DNA of 64,000 nucleotides, from contig CM035356.1 in assembly GCA_020137815.1 (NCBI GenBank), positions 1,922,001 through 1,986,000 of the forward strand. Direction: 5' to 3'. Source of the stretch: Hormiphora californensis. Its lineage: Eukaryota; Animalia; Ctenophora. The notes beneath the pieces were generated by a model. The model was given only the letters and a program-made list of their open reading frames with translations. It was not told where the DNA came from and did no database searches. This document shows positions 1-24,512 of this stretch, piece by piece. Every line of letters starts with the position of its first letter. Positions within the stretch are counted from its first letter, which is position 1. The translations under genes and the position numbers were made by a program.

Positions 1-536
1 CAAATTTGGGGCTCAAAGCATCACAAATAGCTTTTTAAAGCTGGGTAGACAGAACCAAGAATAAAAGCAAGAGATGGTGGTCTATCTTGATTAGGAAGGG
101 GTGCAAATAGCATCTGACATCAAAAGGGACAGCGCCTTGTCTACCATGAAATACCGGGTCACGGAGAGAAAGAGGGGGCGACAGGAAGCAAGAAGTGTAT
201 GTAGTTCCCAGGAGAAAGATAGAGATGGAGAAAAGAGAGTAGTCACCACCTACATGCACTGCCTCTCTCTACCCTGTGTGACTGAGGGTGATGCACTCTC
301 TCCGCGGAGGGGGGGGGGGGCTAAACAAAGGCGCCTATAATTGTTCTTCTCTTCCGGGATCCCCGGCCACAGCTCTGTGGTTGTTGTACAGGGTGTGGTA
401 CCTTCCCCTCTCTCCCTCATGAACCATGGGGGGTTCCTGCAGCGGGGCTGGGGTAATTAACTATACTTGGGGTTGAGCCAAATATTCTAATTTCTAGGAG
501 TAAGAAGGTGGAGGTAGGGGAGTAGAGGGAGACTTA

Positions 537-970
537 GGCCGGGTCCAGACGAGTGGTAGGTAGCTACTATGGTAGGCTACTATGGTAAGCTACCATAGTA
601 GCTGGGAACTGACCAGACGAGTGGTAACAAAGCTACTATGGTAGGCTAGCTACCACTCGTCTGGCCACCCTCTGACACATCTACCATGATACTTCTGTAA
701 TCATCGGGGGTATCAAGTTTCTTATGCCCCACAGTAAGATGTGACAACAAGTTACAATGGTAGGCGGTCAGAGGGTGAACAGACGAGTGACCACCTACTA
801 TAGTAGCCTACCATGGTAAGCTACTATAGTAGGCGGTTATACCTCGACCTATAACCGCCTACCATAGTAGCTTATGGTAGATATAGGTGTACAGACGAGT
901 GGTAGCTGTGGTAGATATCTACCATAGTAGCCTACCATAGTAGCTACCTACTACTCGTCTGGACCCGGCC
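537..970. mobile_element. PIF/Harbinger (Tourist-like) MITE
   Basis: TIRs GGCCGGGTCCAGACGAGT..ACTCGTCTGGACCCGGCC, flanked by TTA at 534-536 and 971-973. The interior is built from repeated CTACCATAGTAG and CAGACGAGTGG motifs. Confidence 0.85.
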
Positions 971-1560
971 TTACTATATTTACTTGACTGGCGGATTCCA
1001 AGAGAAAGAGCCGTGTGAGAACATGGACAAAGTTACGATAACTTCAATTCGAATGTGAAGAATACAAACGGGATGGATGGGAAGGATTCAGAGGAAAAAC
1101 AATGTAGGGGGCATTTTGCACAACACAAAGTTGACAGTTAACTGCGGCCAACAACAACTGTACAGATCTCCCAGATCAATGACAAAAAAGACCTCATTTA
1201 GACCTGTCACATAGGGGAGGGAGAGTGGGGGAATGAAATTATCTTGAAACTTTTAATATCCCCCCATCTGTCATATGTGTGTGGGAGGGTGGGGTTCTGA
1301 TATATCTGACACTGATTGGAAACAAATCCCTAGTAGGTCTAGCTATCTGTCGAAAATCTTGATAAATCTAACCGTGATTGCAGTAGAAAGAGGGAAACTT
1401 TGTCGCAAGATTCGGATACATGTGTGGGTGGGGGGACCGGGTGTGTACAAAATGGGGGTAGCAAGCACTGAAAACGGTGCCCCTTTCTCTCCGGAAATTG
1501 CTCTCTTTTTCTATCTTTCTCTAGACTTTCTCTCTCTCTCTCCATATCTCTCTGGCTCTT

Positions 1561-1702
<142 letters not shown>

Positions 1703-2388
1703 CACATCCTGGTGGTAGGTGTGTGCATTAATAAAAGTCCCGCAGCAGCAGCTCTTAGGCTACCCCCGCCACACACACAGATATGAAGGAAGTCTTTATG
1801 GTACCGATCGGCTGGGGAAGGCGAGCGAGAGAGAGAGTAAGAAATTAAGAAAGATAGTTAGTAGAGAGGGAAAGATTATTGGGGAGCGAGTAGATATTGG
1901 TTGATCTCCAGATAGATCGTCTCCCTGTCACTACTGTAGAACAGTGGATCCCCGATTGACAGATACGGCTGTCAAGTGTCAGATAGCGGTGTCTGTAAAA
2001 GTGAACCGCTGAAACAATGCAGACAGCTCTGGAACCATGTTTCTGTCTGGAAATTGTGACCCGTTTGAAGCACTAATTCTACAATCTACTGTCCCTCCCC
2101 ATCTGATCCACATTTCACACCTACTCAGTTATATCTCAAATCATCCTCCGACCTCCACCTTTTTATTTAGTTCAACACCCTCTTCCCTGTTCCTATAAGA
2201 GGCTGAAGATGACAAAAATCATTAATATCATCTCACCAGACCAATAAGTTAAATGGTCAAGCTGCACTGCGTAATAAGATATCAGCACTCAATAGAAAAA
2301 AGCAGGCCAACATATATGAATGTTAGTGATAGTTCATTGTAAAATTTTGAGATATAATATAATTCTTTAGGTAGCACTGCTTGTACAA

Positions 2389-3091
2389 CTTATAACACCC
2401 CCCAGTGTTATAAGTTTTCACTTATAACACCCCCCAGTGTTATAAGTTTTCACTTATAACACCCCCCAGTGATACATGAAAACACCGCTGCACTTCGAAC
2501 TCCACTGTTTCCATGTCACACTTAAAAACCGTTAGAAAGATATAAGTGTACGAACTCCCTCTCTTTCTCTTTCTTTATGTCACACTCTCAAGCCGTTGCA
2601 GCACCGAGATCAAGATAACAGTTACGAACTCTCGGACCCACACATTCTTTATCTCTCTCACTCTCACTAAATCTCTCGATCTCTTTACCTATCTCAGGCG
2701 TTATCTTATCTTATACTGATATCTCTGCCTGCTACCTTATCATGAATTCGTTCTATTGTTACGCCCTAAAGTGTCTCTCACTCTTGTTTTAAAAATTTTA
2801 CAATGCAATTTTATTATGCATATTTTCGTTGTACCTGACGTCAACAATAATTTCCCAGATTCTTACACTTTTAGACCTCGCAGGCTCGGTCAAAAAGTAA
2901 AACTACATCACTCGCAGGCTCGTGAGGTAGTTACACTTAGTGGCACTCGCAGGCTCGTGCACTGAAGTACAAGAATCTGCCTCGACCTGTGGTCTCGGAT
3001 CATTATTGTTGCACTTATAACACTCGACCTTCGGTCTCGTGTTATAAGTTTTCAGGTACAACTTATAGGCATAATAAAATCCTACATTGTA
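2389..3091. mobile_element. Hairpin-rich non-autonomous repeat, possibly Crypton-like
   Basis: About three tandem ~31-bp units CTTATAACAC-ccccca-GTGTTATAAG-ttttca at 2389-2471. The same unit recurs with a CTCGACCTTCGGTCTC loop near 3014-3053. CTCGCAGGCTCG is repeated. There is an imperfect inverted repeat between 2799-2838 and 3053-3091. Confidence 0.4.
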
Positions 3092-3334
3092 CTACTACTA
3101 CTGTGTATCTTTTAGTATGGCATTTACTGGTCACCGACCATTTATTCAGCTTTGTCATCTCAATAATATAGGGCATAGGAAACGGCGTAGAACTAAAAAG
3201 GTGCCGCAGTGGGTTTGCAGGATATTGTTAGGAACTAATTAGAGTAAATTATTACTTCAATTTTGTATTAATTAGCTACAATAATTGTAGCTCCATGGTA
3301 ATTAATTGTAATATATTCCATATTCCCCGTGCAG

Positions 3335-4161
3335 TGTGAGAGTGAGTGGAGTGAGAGTAAAGCTGAGGAGATGCAGCGTTATATAGAGGACATGCAGACC
3401 ATCAAACCTGCTACAATCATCCACTCCAGTAAGATAAACTGGAACCATCTTGTGTCACTTACATCCCCTATTTGTGTGTCTCTTACATCCCCTACTTGAT
3501 ATTAATATACTGACGACACTAAACCTAAAGTTTTACTACCCCCAAGATGCTAAAACTAACCCCTCTCCCCTAGTTGGTGGTGTGGGTGCAGGTATTGATG
3601 GGAAGTTTCTGCACTTTGATTCCAGTGTTGCCAAGATCGATGAAATGTACTCCACCATCTTATCTGGAAAGCCCTCCAGAAAGACACGTCGAGACGCAAA
3701 TGTCGGAAAGGTAGAACACACTTGTTTGCTATATCCAGCTATTGTTTATTAGCTCATCCAATATGCAACAACTTCACAGCTCTAGTTGCAGTGAAGTGAG
3801 TTTTTGTCCTAGCTTTCCCTAATAATTGCCCTAATTTCATTTTCCTAGCTAGACCCTGTGTTTGAACAAAACAAAACTTCATTTATCTCCCTACTAACAG
3901 ATCTCACCCTATAACTCCCCTCTACAGGCTGACACAACTGTAATGCACTACAACAACCGACCCATGACGGAGATGCAGTTGACGATTAGATCCGAGGATC
4001 AAGTGTGGAATATAGCCACTCTGAGGAATGCTTATGAGAACAAAGTTGTGGGGATACGGATCTATAGCAATGCTCTTGATCTCATCAGGTACCTACATGC
4101 AGCTGCTGTTTCATGGTTAGACCATCCCCCGGAAACAGGTGTTGGGATTAGAAACTTGTAG
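3335..4161 (+). CDS. Exons of a hypothetical gene (5' part unresolved)
   Basis: Phase-compatible open exons ~3335-3428, 3574-3710 and 3928-4161 with GT/AG boundaries. No recognisable family. Confidence 0.35.
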
Positions 4162-4630
4162 ACACGGGGTACCGTGGTAATGAACTTGTGATCTAGATTC
4201 ACATATATCGGCTGTGCTTGGTTCAGTGTGGAACTGAGAATGCATGTAAAAATAAGGGTGAACTGTTCTGTTTGCTGGACACCATAATATGTTCGATATT
4301 TAGAAGATGTTCTTCGGAGGGAAAGAGAGAAAACCTGGTCTGATAAAATCTTTAGAAGAGCTAGAGAAGAAAAGAGAGATAAAGGGAGAGAGAGGGAGGT
4401 TGTGATAGTGACTGTCTCTCTCTCTAGTTAGTTAGATAGAGCACGCACTTGTGATAGGACACACTCTCAAAGTGCATTACATTTCATTACTCCTCTCACT
4501 CTCTCTACATATGATGAGCTGAACTGTGTTGTAGTAGCAGTTGTGTCGTGAGTGCTGCTGCTCTCTGCCTATCATATATATAGTGAAACCTATAGCTTGA
4601 GCTGAGCTGAGAAGATATATATCTGGTTCA

Positions 4631-6236
4631 ATGCCAGGACCACCAGTACCACCCGGGGGACGGCCAACAGTAACCAATATCTCCCTATCTCAATTGACTC
4701 CCTCCGCCAGGCGAAACCTCGCCCTGAAGGAAGCCCGGCTATCTCTCCTAGCGAAGAGGTTGGTGAATGTCAACAATTTGGCCGGAGTCCAGAAACTGCT
4801 GAACGAAAACGAGGGTAAGTGTATCTGAGTAGATTTAACTTTTCTGTCTCAGTTTTTCATTATCAATTCTGTATCTGATAAGTGATGCTGTACTAAAAGT
4901 GACGCTGTGTTTCATATTTATGACTTTTGTGGAACGTAGCTAGGGAACTAAATACGTCTCCTAACCACCTTATACCACCCCTGTTATAGTTGACTCTGAC
5001 TGTGAGGTCGAGGAATGTGTGTCAAGGGAGGTAATAACCCGGACTCTCCCTGAACTATCTACCCGGCAATCCATTAGGTATCAGGAGAGAATAAAGAAAC
5101 TAGTCCGACTAAACACCTTCATACTCGCTGAACAGGTTAGTAATACTAGTGTAATATTCACTCTTTTATAACAGTCCTGATCAAAGTTTAGTTGCCTTTT
5201 TGATCCATAGTTTAGTTTTAGATCCACCACTTGTATATTAGTTCCATCGTTCTTGATTCGTATTACACATTTGTAATTAAAATGTATTTAGGTACGGGTA
5301 TTCCAGCAAGTAAGAGATGGGGATCTGGCGATAAACCTGAGGTTCCCATTCCCCGTTATAGAGAGCCAGAACGGTGCCCAGATACTCATGAGGAATATGG
5401 GGCACCAGGGAGGTGGAGGGAGACCTAGAAGACCACGGCAGGCCGTGGCACGCTACCGGAAACGATCTCTTGTCAAGGTGAGAGGAGAGTTTTGGTTTTG
5501 AGAAATATATGTTACACCATCCCTCAATGTTCAACCTCTCTCTCAACAAAATAATCTGTCCAAGCTAACAAGTTTCCCTCCCCAGGTTGATTTCCCTGCC
5601 CCTATGGAAAGTGTGCTGACTACCAGTAGTTTCGCTGGTACTGCCACACGGGGCCTTTGGAGGAACCCTACTCTGTCAAGCATTGATCCCACTCCCTCTG
5701 AGGTACTACTGTTTGTTTGTTTATTACTAAACCATGGAGTACTGAGGTACTTCTATGGGTAGTTGTATTGTTCGACGAGGGGTTAATATTAGGTCAGGTT
5801 TCCCACTTTGATTCCACAAATAAAGTTCCCTAAAACACTCCCCTCTTGTTTCAGCCGATGCCTCATATTCTACTACTGGACTGTAACACCCTCCGGCCAC
5901 ACCACGACCACACCCTACCCATGGCACCTGCCAGGACAACCACCTTCAACCCCCACAAGACACTACCCTCCATACCAAAGTGAGTGATAGAGAGTGATAG
6001 AGAGATAATAATTGGGAGATTGGGAGAAAATAAAGTTCCCTACAATTATCTTCCAGATAGATGACACGTTCCTAAACCCCTGTTATTTCCCCACTAGGAC
6101 GCTAGAAGGAGTGGCCTCAACTTCACGGAAACCGGATAGTGCCAGTTTCACCCTTCCTGTCGTGGATGCTTACAGTTCACACGATAGTGGGTATGAGGGT
6201 TCTAACGTATTCCTTGACCCTGCCAAGTACATGTGA
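4631..6236 (+). CDS. Hypothetical multi-exon protein (about 6 exons)
   Basis: Exons 4631-4814, 4990-5135, 5292-5477 and 5586-5702 join in phase with canonical donors. The last two exons (~5854-5979, ~6061-6236) need a frameshift. Confidence 0.5.
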
Positions 6237-6248
6237 TGACGTCACTCT

Positions 6249-6310
6249 GTTACCATGGCAACTGTGGAATGTGCTACCATGGCAACTGTGGAATATGTTA
6301 CTATGGCAAC
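6249..6310. promoter_or_regulatory. Three tandem RFX X-box-like motifs (24-bp period)
   Basis: GTTACCATGGCAAC, GCTACCATGGCAAC, GTTACTATGGCAAC. Confidence 0.45.
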
Positions 6311-6465
6311 GACGAGGAGTTTTTCAAGAGAATTCAGAAACGCAAGATATTCTGGTATTTTAACTGTTTATTTGTAGAACAATTGAACAGCACAAAAAAA
6401 CACGTGTAAAGAGAATAATTCTCAGAATACGCAAAACGTTCTTAGCATAAAGATCAGCAAAAAGT

Positions 6466-6468
<3 letters not shown>

Positions 6469-6547
<79 letters not shown>
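6469..6547. repeat. (CT)n microsatellite
   Basis: Direct reading. Confidence 0.95.
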
Positions 6548-6550
<3 letters not shown>

Positions 6551-6592
6551 CTGTAGAGTCACTATCTCTCTCTCATCATCTCCTGATCCTAT

Positions 6593-8301
<1,709 letters not shown>

Positions 8302-9599
8302 GATTCATATTTATTCGAATAGCAGAAAGGCCTGTCAAACAGCAGCAGGATTTTAGCTTTGAACTGAAAAGTTAAGAATAGAAGTCTAATAGACTGTCTA
8401 TACTCAATTTGCAAACGAACTACAAGCATTGAGTGCACGGATAAACAAATTTCATGGCAGAGAATAGAAAGAGAGGGAGAGAGAAAGAAAGAGAGGTATA
8501 GAGATAGAGAGAGGGGAGCCGGGAGAATAAGAAAAACAGGAGTTGTGTGTGTTGGTATTTGTCGGCTTCTGTACGAGCAATGTGGGAAACCGAGGTTTAT
8601 CTTCCCCTAACTTTCTCTCCTCGCTTCCTCCTTTTTATGTATCTGGTCTGTGAGAATTAAGCTGCAGAAGCCATAACTGCAAGGGCGAAATAAAAGGAAC
8701 CTCCAGCGGGCGGAGCTGAATAAAAATTTTGCGTTCTTGATTGAAAGCCAAATTTTAGAAGACGTTTGTTCTCTCCCTCTCTCTATCCCTGCAGCAACTG
8801 AGACAGCAGCTATCAACACACAGCTAGTTTTTGATGTGAAGTACAAGCACTGGGAAGGGTGGAAGTACACACACAAATTAGCACACCATGTGGGCCCTGG
8901 CAAGAGAGAAGAGAGAGGAATATAGGAGAAAGGGGCAGTATCCACCCAGGAAACGAAAACAGTATGGTGAAGTTATTGTAGATCGCCATGAACATGATGA
9001 AGCTACACAGAGGAATTCTATGGCAACAGGAAGGAATAACAGTGAAACCAGTAATAGTATTTATTTTGAATGACACATACATCAGGAAATTGTCACCACC
9101 ACATTTATTATGCCTTTGGTACGTGGTATTACCAGTGGTAACGAGGGGCTTGAAAACAAACCACAACATAAAAGTTGAAAATGATATGGGATATAAAGTT
9201 CTCGATTTCGTTTTATAGCCTATAGAAGTACGTGACTTCCTGTGAGACACGTGACCGATATCATCAACTATAACATTGTTATCCTAGACCATCACTATTA
9301 TAACAGTCCGCTGAATGTTTTCTTCTCCAATTGGTTCATTTTTCTTTCTGTCCTCCTAGTTCAACAATGCGCATTTATTCGATTAAAACAGACATGTATA
9401 ACTATAATATGATTTTGCCAATTTGCTAAATTTCAAGATATGAATTGGATGAGAATGTCTTGTTTTGTTAGAACACAAATTGTGAATTAATCATAATGTC
9501 ATGTATTTATCATTTTATCATGCCATTGAGAAAATTCAAAGTCATCGTTGGTTTTTTTAACGTGAAGGTAAAACTATTGATACATGTACAATTCTAAAT

Positions 9600-10189
9600 T
9601 CTTCAGTCACAGTTTACACACACAAGCCCTGTCTAGTAATAGAAGGTGGGTCGGCCACTGGTTCGGCCTGGGGGTTTGGGACACCCATCTACTATCAACA
9701 TGAAACTGCCAGGGGGAGGGCCATGGGCAGGAGGTCGGGGAATTCCTCCCGTAGTAGACTATATATCCGCTCTGATCATCACATGTTAGTTTGTCTCCGG
9801 TAATAGGTTCCTGTTATCTTGCTACCACTTCCCTCCAACTTAACTGTGAACCTGGGGAACGAGTTTAATGGAGAGTGACATGGTATAGGCTGGCAGAATA
9901 GACACCGGAAGAAATAAATAGTAGATATATTTCGTGAGGACTACTTAGTAGAGTCGGAGAATCAAATATTTGAAAGCTCTGACCTGACGGGTGAAAACTT
10001 GTGATCCTTGGACGCCTTGTCCACATGAACCATACTCTGTTGTAGTTTGATCTCACTACTCTCGAGAGTGAATGAGGCAGAGATAGCCCCTCCCTTCTCT
10101 CCCTTCTGGTCCGAAACAGTAATGGTGGGGTATCCAGCCTGGGCAGATACGGCCCCGATAACAAATGCTAAGAGAAGTATAAACGACAT
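9600..10189 (-). CDS. Putative small secreted protein (2 exons, probable frameshift)
   Basis: Signal peptide MSFILLLAFVIGAVSA and a TATAAAA ~31 nt upstream of the ATG. Donor near 9984, acceptor near 9852. The second exon needs a 1-nt correction. Confidence 0.4.
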
Positions 10190-10971
10190 GTTGAGTGGGA
10201 AAGTTGGGGAGTTGAGGGGTTTTATAGGAGGGAACGGCAGGTGTTTTCTTTTCGTTTCCCTCTCTGTTTTTCCTCTCTCTCTCTCGCTTTATTTCCCTCT
10301 CTCCTATCCCTATCTTTCTTCTCTCTGTGTTATTTGAACTCTATGTGAGAAACAGATGGTGACCGACCGATGAAGCGACGGTGATATATCGAGAACAAAA
10401 AGGTTTAGCCACTTAGTACAATTATTGGTAAACTTTTATTTGTTCGTGTGCTAACGAGATTGAGTCGAGTGAATGAAAATGAAACTTTTTAAAAGTGTTA
10501 ATGTTATTTAATTGTTTCTCTGTTTCATTTGAAACAGCCCCCACTTATATCAAGTTGTTTATCCTTGGGTGTAGAAACTGGACGTTTGAGGGAGGGACAG
10601 ACAATTAAAACCAGACGGCAAAGTACAGTTTTAATATATTTTCTGGACTTGGACCAAATCCACCCTGTTCCGGTTCTCACGCCCTACCATTGCAACATGG
10701 CGTGTCCGTGCACAACTATGGCTTCCAGCTGCTAGCTTCCGTTTAGTGCTGCATCAGCTGGCACCACCTAGTCTACACGAAACCATGTACGGGTCATTTA
10801 AAACGAGAGAAGAAACGGAAACGCAGAGTGAATTTCCTTTGAGAGTTTTAAATGACCCATATCTGGATATATTTCAAATTGAGACAATCCAACATTTTAG
10901 GTTTGATAAAAGAAACAAAAAACTGTACAAAAAACTCATTATTTCGTCACAAAACAAACAATGTCCATATA

Positions 10972-18907
<7,936 letters not shown>

Positions 18908-19085
18908 TATAGCTGTACGACAATAATTGGTTAATTTGGGGGAAAACAAAACTTGGAGAGAAAAAAGCAAAATCCTGAGACAAAAACTATGATTGAAGAG
19001 AGGAGGGAGTACTGGCTGATCAAAGGATCGATCAAATGATGACACACATGCGTGGCCCCTCTCACTCCAATAAAAATGTGCCCTG

Positions 19086-19220
<135 letters not shown>

Positions 19221-21367
19221 TACTGCGTCATATAAAAAGTAAAGTGGAGCACAAGATGCTCTCTCTCTATTGATGACGTCACGTGATTCTATTGATCACG
19301 TGATGTGGCACCAAGGCAACGCATCCAAAAGAACAAGAGTCAGGGACCCCCGGAGAGAGAGAGAGGGAAAGAATGAGAAATGAAGAGGAATGCTTTATCC
19401 CCAAAAAACCGCGAAAGCCGGATTTTAGAGGGAAATCAATGCACAAAGAATTAACGGCATATCCTTTTCATGTCTGAAATGGGACAGCCAAGAGGAGAAA
19501 CCGTGTCGAGAGAGATGGCAAGATGGGACTTGTGAGATAGTTGTAGGGGTGGTAAGGCGAAGAAGGAGTGGGAGTACAGGAATGTGGAGTAGTGGAGGCA
19601 GTGAAGTGGTTGAGACTCGCCCTCGCAGTGGAGTGTGTGTTTGGACGGGTGTACCCTTACTGTCATAAACCTGTCAAAGGGGGAGGCAGTGAGGGACCCC
19701 AGTCGACACATTCATTCCGGGCAACTGGGTATAGATCGAACGGTGGTCTCAGATTATCGAGATTGCCGGGGCGCCTGACTTAGTACCTTGTGTACCCGTA
19801 CCGAATTAAAGCCCCGAAACGGTGTCAGGTTTACGGCTGATGAGTTCGATCTGAGTCTCGGTTTCTGGCGAGTGTCCATATTTACCATCTTAGTGGACGG
19901 AGGGTCTCGGTCTTTCCGCTGTTCCGGATCTCTTGGGGGTTTGGGGGTTTTTTGGGGTTTGGTTTGGTTTGGGTTGGGGTTTTGGGAGGGGTTGGGGGTT
20001 GGGGGGGTTGTGGAGTTTTGGGGGTTTGGATTTGATTTGTGGGGGGATTTTTTGGGGGTTTTTGGGGGTTTGTTTTTTTTTTTGGATTTTTTTTTGCTTT
20101 CCTTCTTTGGGTTTGGTTGGCAGCAGATTCAGTTTACTTCTTGAATAGGCGGCCCCGGTTTTTAGTGGGGACTAAAGCTCAAGGGTAAGGGGGAAATGGG
20201 GAGACCTCGGTAGTTTGACAGATTGGGTACTAAATTCTAAATTATCCCAGCAAAAAACAGTGACATGGGTTTGCTGGAGGTTCCTTGTTTTCCCCTTTTA
20301 CAAAGAAGAACAAGTATCTTTTACTTAAATTTTTGGGACACTCTCTATTTTGGGGCAACAAGGGAGAAGAACAATTTATGAACAGCGAACCCCAAAGATT
20401 TAAAGTTTAAGGTAAAAGGGAAATTCGAGGGAGTCGTTATGCGACACCCACAAACCCCAAAAATCGTCGAAAAAGAAAACGGAAAACTAGGCCCAAATTT
20501 AGGGGTAAAGGAAAAAATTTCGGAACCAAATAGGGAAAAATATCGAGGCCCAAAAGAGAGGAGGGGAAGGGGGGGGGATAAATGGATGAGGTACCAAAAT
20601 AAAGGAATTGAGAGGTTTGTTTTAAAAATCAAATATTGGCAAGGGGGAAAAAAAGAGCGGATTTTTTAACCCAAAACATTAGCCATTCTAGCCTAAATGG
20701 GTTTAACTGAAACTGAAGAGAGAGGGGACTAGACAGAATGGGAGAAAGAAAGGGGGTTAATTTTTATGGGAAGAGGAGTGAAGGATAATGTGTGGAATTG
20801 CCCCGCAGGAACCGGGGTTTGGGAACGGCGGAAATTAACACATGCCCAACAACTACAACAATCATCAGGATTGGAACACAATACTAAATGTTTTACTGAG
20901 ATAGTATAGGGGTGGTGATGAATGAAAACAAAGGTAGATAGAATTAGTTTTAGAAATGCCAAACAATGCTGTTTTCAAAAGAGAGAGATATGAAGGGCAA
21001 TCAAGCCCCCTCTACAACACGTGATCCACCCTTTAATTAGAAAACAACGCACCCTGCCTCTCCTCTTCTCCCTCTTTTCCTCCTTCTCTCTCTCTCTCTC
21101 TCTAACAGCGTCAAAAAAGCTCCTGTGTTAAAGGGGGGAAAACCCCCACATACCTCCCCCCCATTCAACAGGGAAATGGCCGGGGTTTTTAGGGCCGGGG
21201 GGAGAGAAAGGGAGGGAGGGGGCTAGACCAGTGGGAAAGAGGGGGATGGGGGAGGGGCTAAAGGCAAATGAAGTTTGTGAACGTTAAAATCATTCCGCAA
21301 AGCCCGATTAGCCAGCCCTTTAAAATGTCGGAAAAAGTCAAAAAAGGGGCTATAAACAAAAAAGGGT

Positions 21368-21467
21368 NNNNNNNNNNNNNNNNNNNNNNNNNNNNNNNNN
21401 NNNNNNNNNNNNNNNNNNNNNNNNNNNNNNNNNNNNNNNNNNNNNNNNNNNNNNNNNNNNNNNNNNN
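21368..21467. other. Assembly gap (100 N)
   Basis: N run, preceded by homopolymer-inflated low-quality sequence and followed by (GA)n. Confidence 1.
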
Positions 21468-21521
<54 letters not shown>

Positions 21522-22768
21522 GAGGGAGAGAATTCCAGCGGTATGCAGTAGTGGAGGAGTGGAATTCGTTGTAAAAACTTAGCATTTAAAACTCACTCCC
21601 ACAACCACCATGCACTTCATATTTTCACAAACTGTTAAAACCATCATATGCAACACACACTGAATCGGACTTCTGTTGCCTTAAAAGTGATTTATTTTAG
21701 TGTTTCAGATAAACCCTCTCCCTGAGTCTCCATTCTCTCTAAATACCTTTTACAATCGATCTCAAATCGTTTTCTCACCTTTCCCAATGACCCATTATTT
21801 GGAGAATATTTAGAGCTGTGCTCGTTTGTATCTCACGTAAATCTTTCTTCACCTTTCTTTTCTTCTAAGATTTGATCCCAGTCATTCATCTCTTCCCTAG
21901 CATTAGTATTGTGTCTCTCTATCTCCCTGTCCTTTCCAGTCTCCATATTTCTATAACCCCGGGTGGGGGATATCAAAGACACGTCTATCTTCCTACTGAG
22001 ATAGGTACACAGTGGCACTGTTTGAAACGGTGTCCCTTGCAAATAGGGACCGCTTTATCACTTTCAAATAATATTATCTTTCTCTCCTCCCTCTTCTCTT
22101 TGACTTCAGAATCTCTCGCTCAGCACTGCAGTAATCAGTATAAGCAGTACAACCCTCTCCTCCTAGGACTCCTGTAGTTATTATCATAGGTTCTCTCTTA
22201 CCTTCGCGGACATTACCCCTTTTAGGGTCCAATTTCTTCATTTTAATGACACACAAAATAGGTCAAAGTGCGGCACGCTACTTAAGAAGCTACTTTAATG
22301 AATTAGCATACCAGACAATGTAATACCCTGAATATAAGGGGAGAGTGCTCAGTGCGGGTAATAGGAAAAAAGGTGCGAAGAGTGGAATGAAATAACACCG
22401 ACTAGGAAGGGCACAGAGAAAATGAGCTTTTACCGGGAGGATGGAAAATAGGTTACACCGACGAAGACACGAGGTATTCGGAAACAAAATGAATTTGTCA
22501 GCTGTAACAAGTACCACAGTGACGGAAGGAGGTGCATCAACCGTCCTATCAAACAAGCGGGAGAGTTGTTTCATCCAACGCGACTTTCCAATTATTGTAA
22601 GTTTTTATGTACGCGCAAATCAAGAGTTTGTGCCGCGCAATTTAATACAGAGAGCAGCGCGCGAATTTTTCAAATTTGTTCAGCGAAATTCCCAACTTTC
22701 CAAAATGACCGTTCTGCTCATTTCTGACTGTCATCTCGATATCTTCGTTACCCGTATAGAATCTCTGA

Positions 22769-24136
<1,368 letters not shown>

Positions 24137-24512
24137 AATGTGTAACAACTGTGGACTGAACACCTGCTGTCATATCGTTACCCAGGCTGCGGATTCTGTT
24201 CCACAATATTTTATTAGTTTATTTCATTTCCCCCATGTTTTTAGCAAGAGAGTGTTTTTCCCGCTGACAATTTGAACATTTTAGCATCTCAAAAAACGTA
24301 TTAAAATTCAAAACTCAGCTGTTTTAATTTGACTACAATCTGCCTCTATCTGTCCCAACTCATTCCCCTGATTGCTCTATACACTATCTCCCACAACACT
24401 GCACCTCTGAAATTTAATCCAATCTACCCACCCTCCGCCTCTCTATAATAGTGTCCCCACTACTTCTCAACTAACCCACTACCCCCTCTAACTCTAGTAG
24501 TAGTGTTGGGTT

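Noticed and set aside
8520-9060. Possible plus-strand exons (ATETAAINTQLVFDVKYKHW..)
   Set aside because: I could not assemble a consistent start-to-stop model.
19900-21367. G/T- and A/G-skewed region with odd ORFs
   Set aside because: Homopolymer-inflated low-quality read sequence next to the gap.
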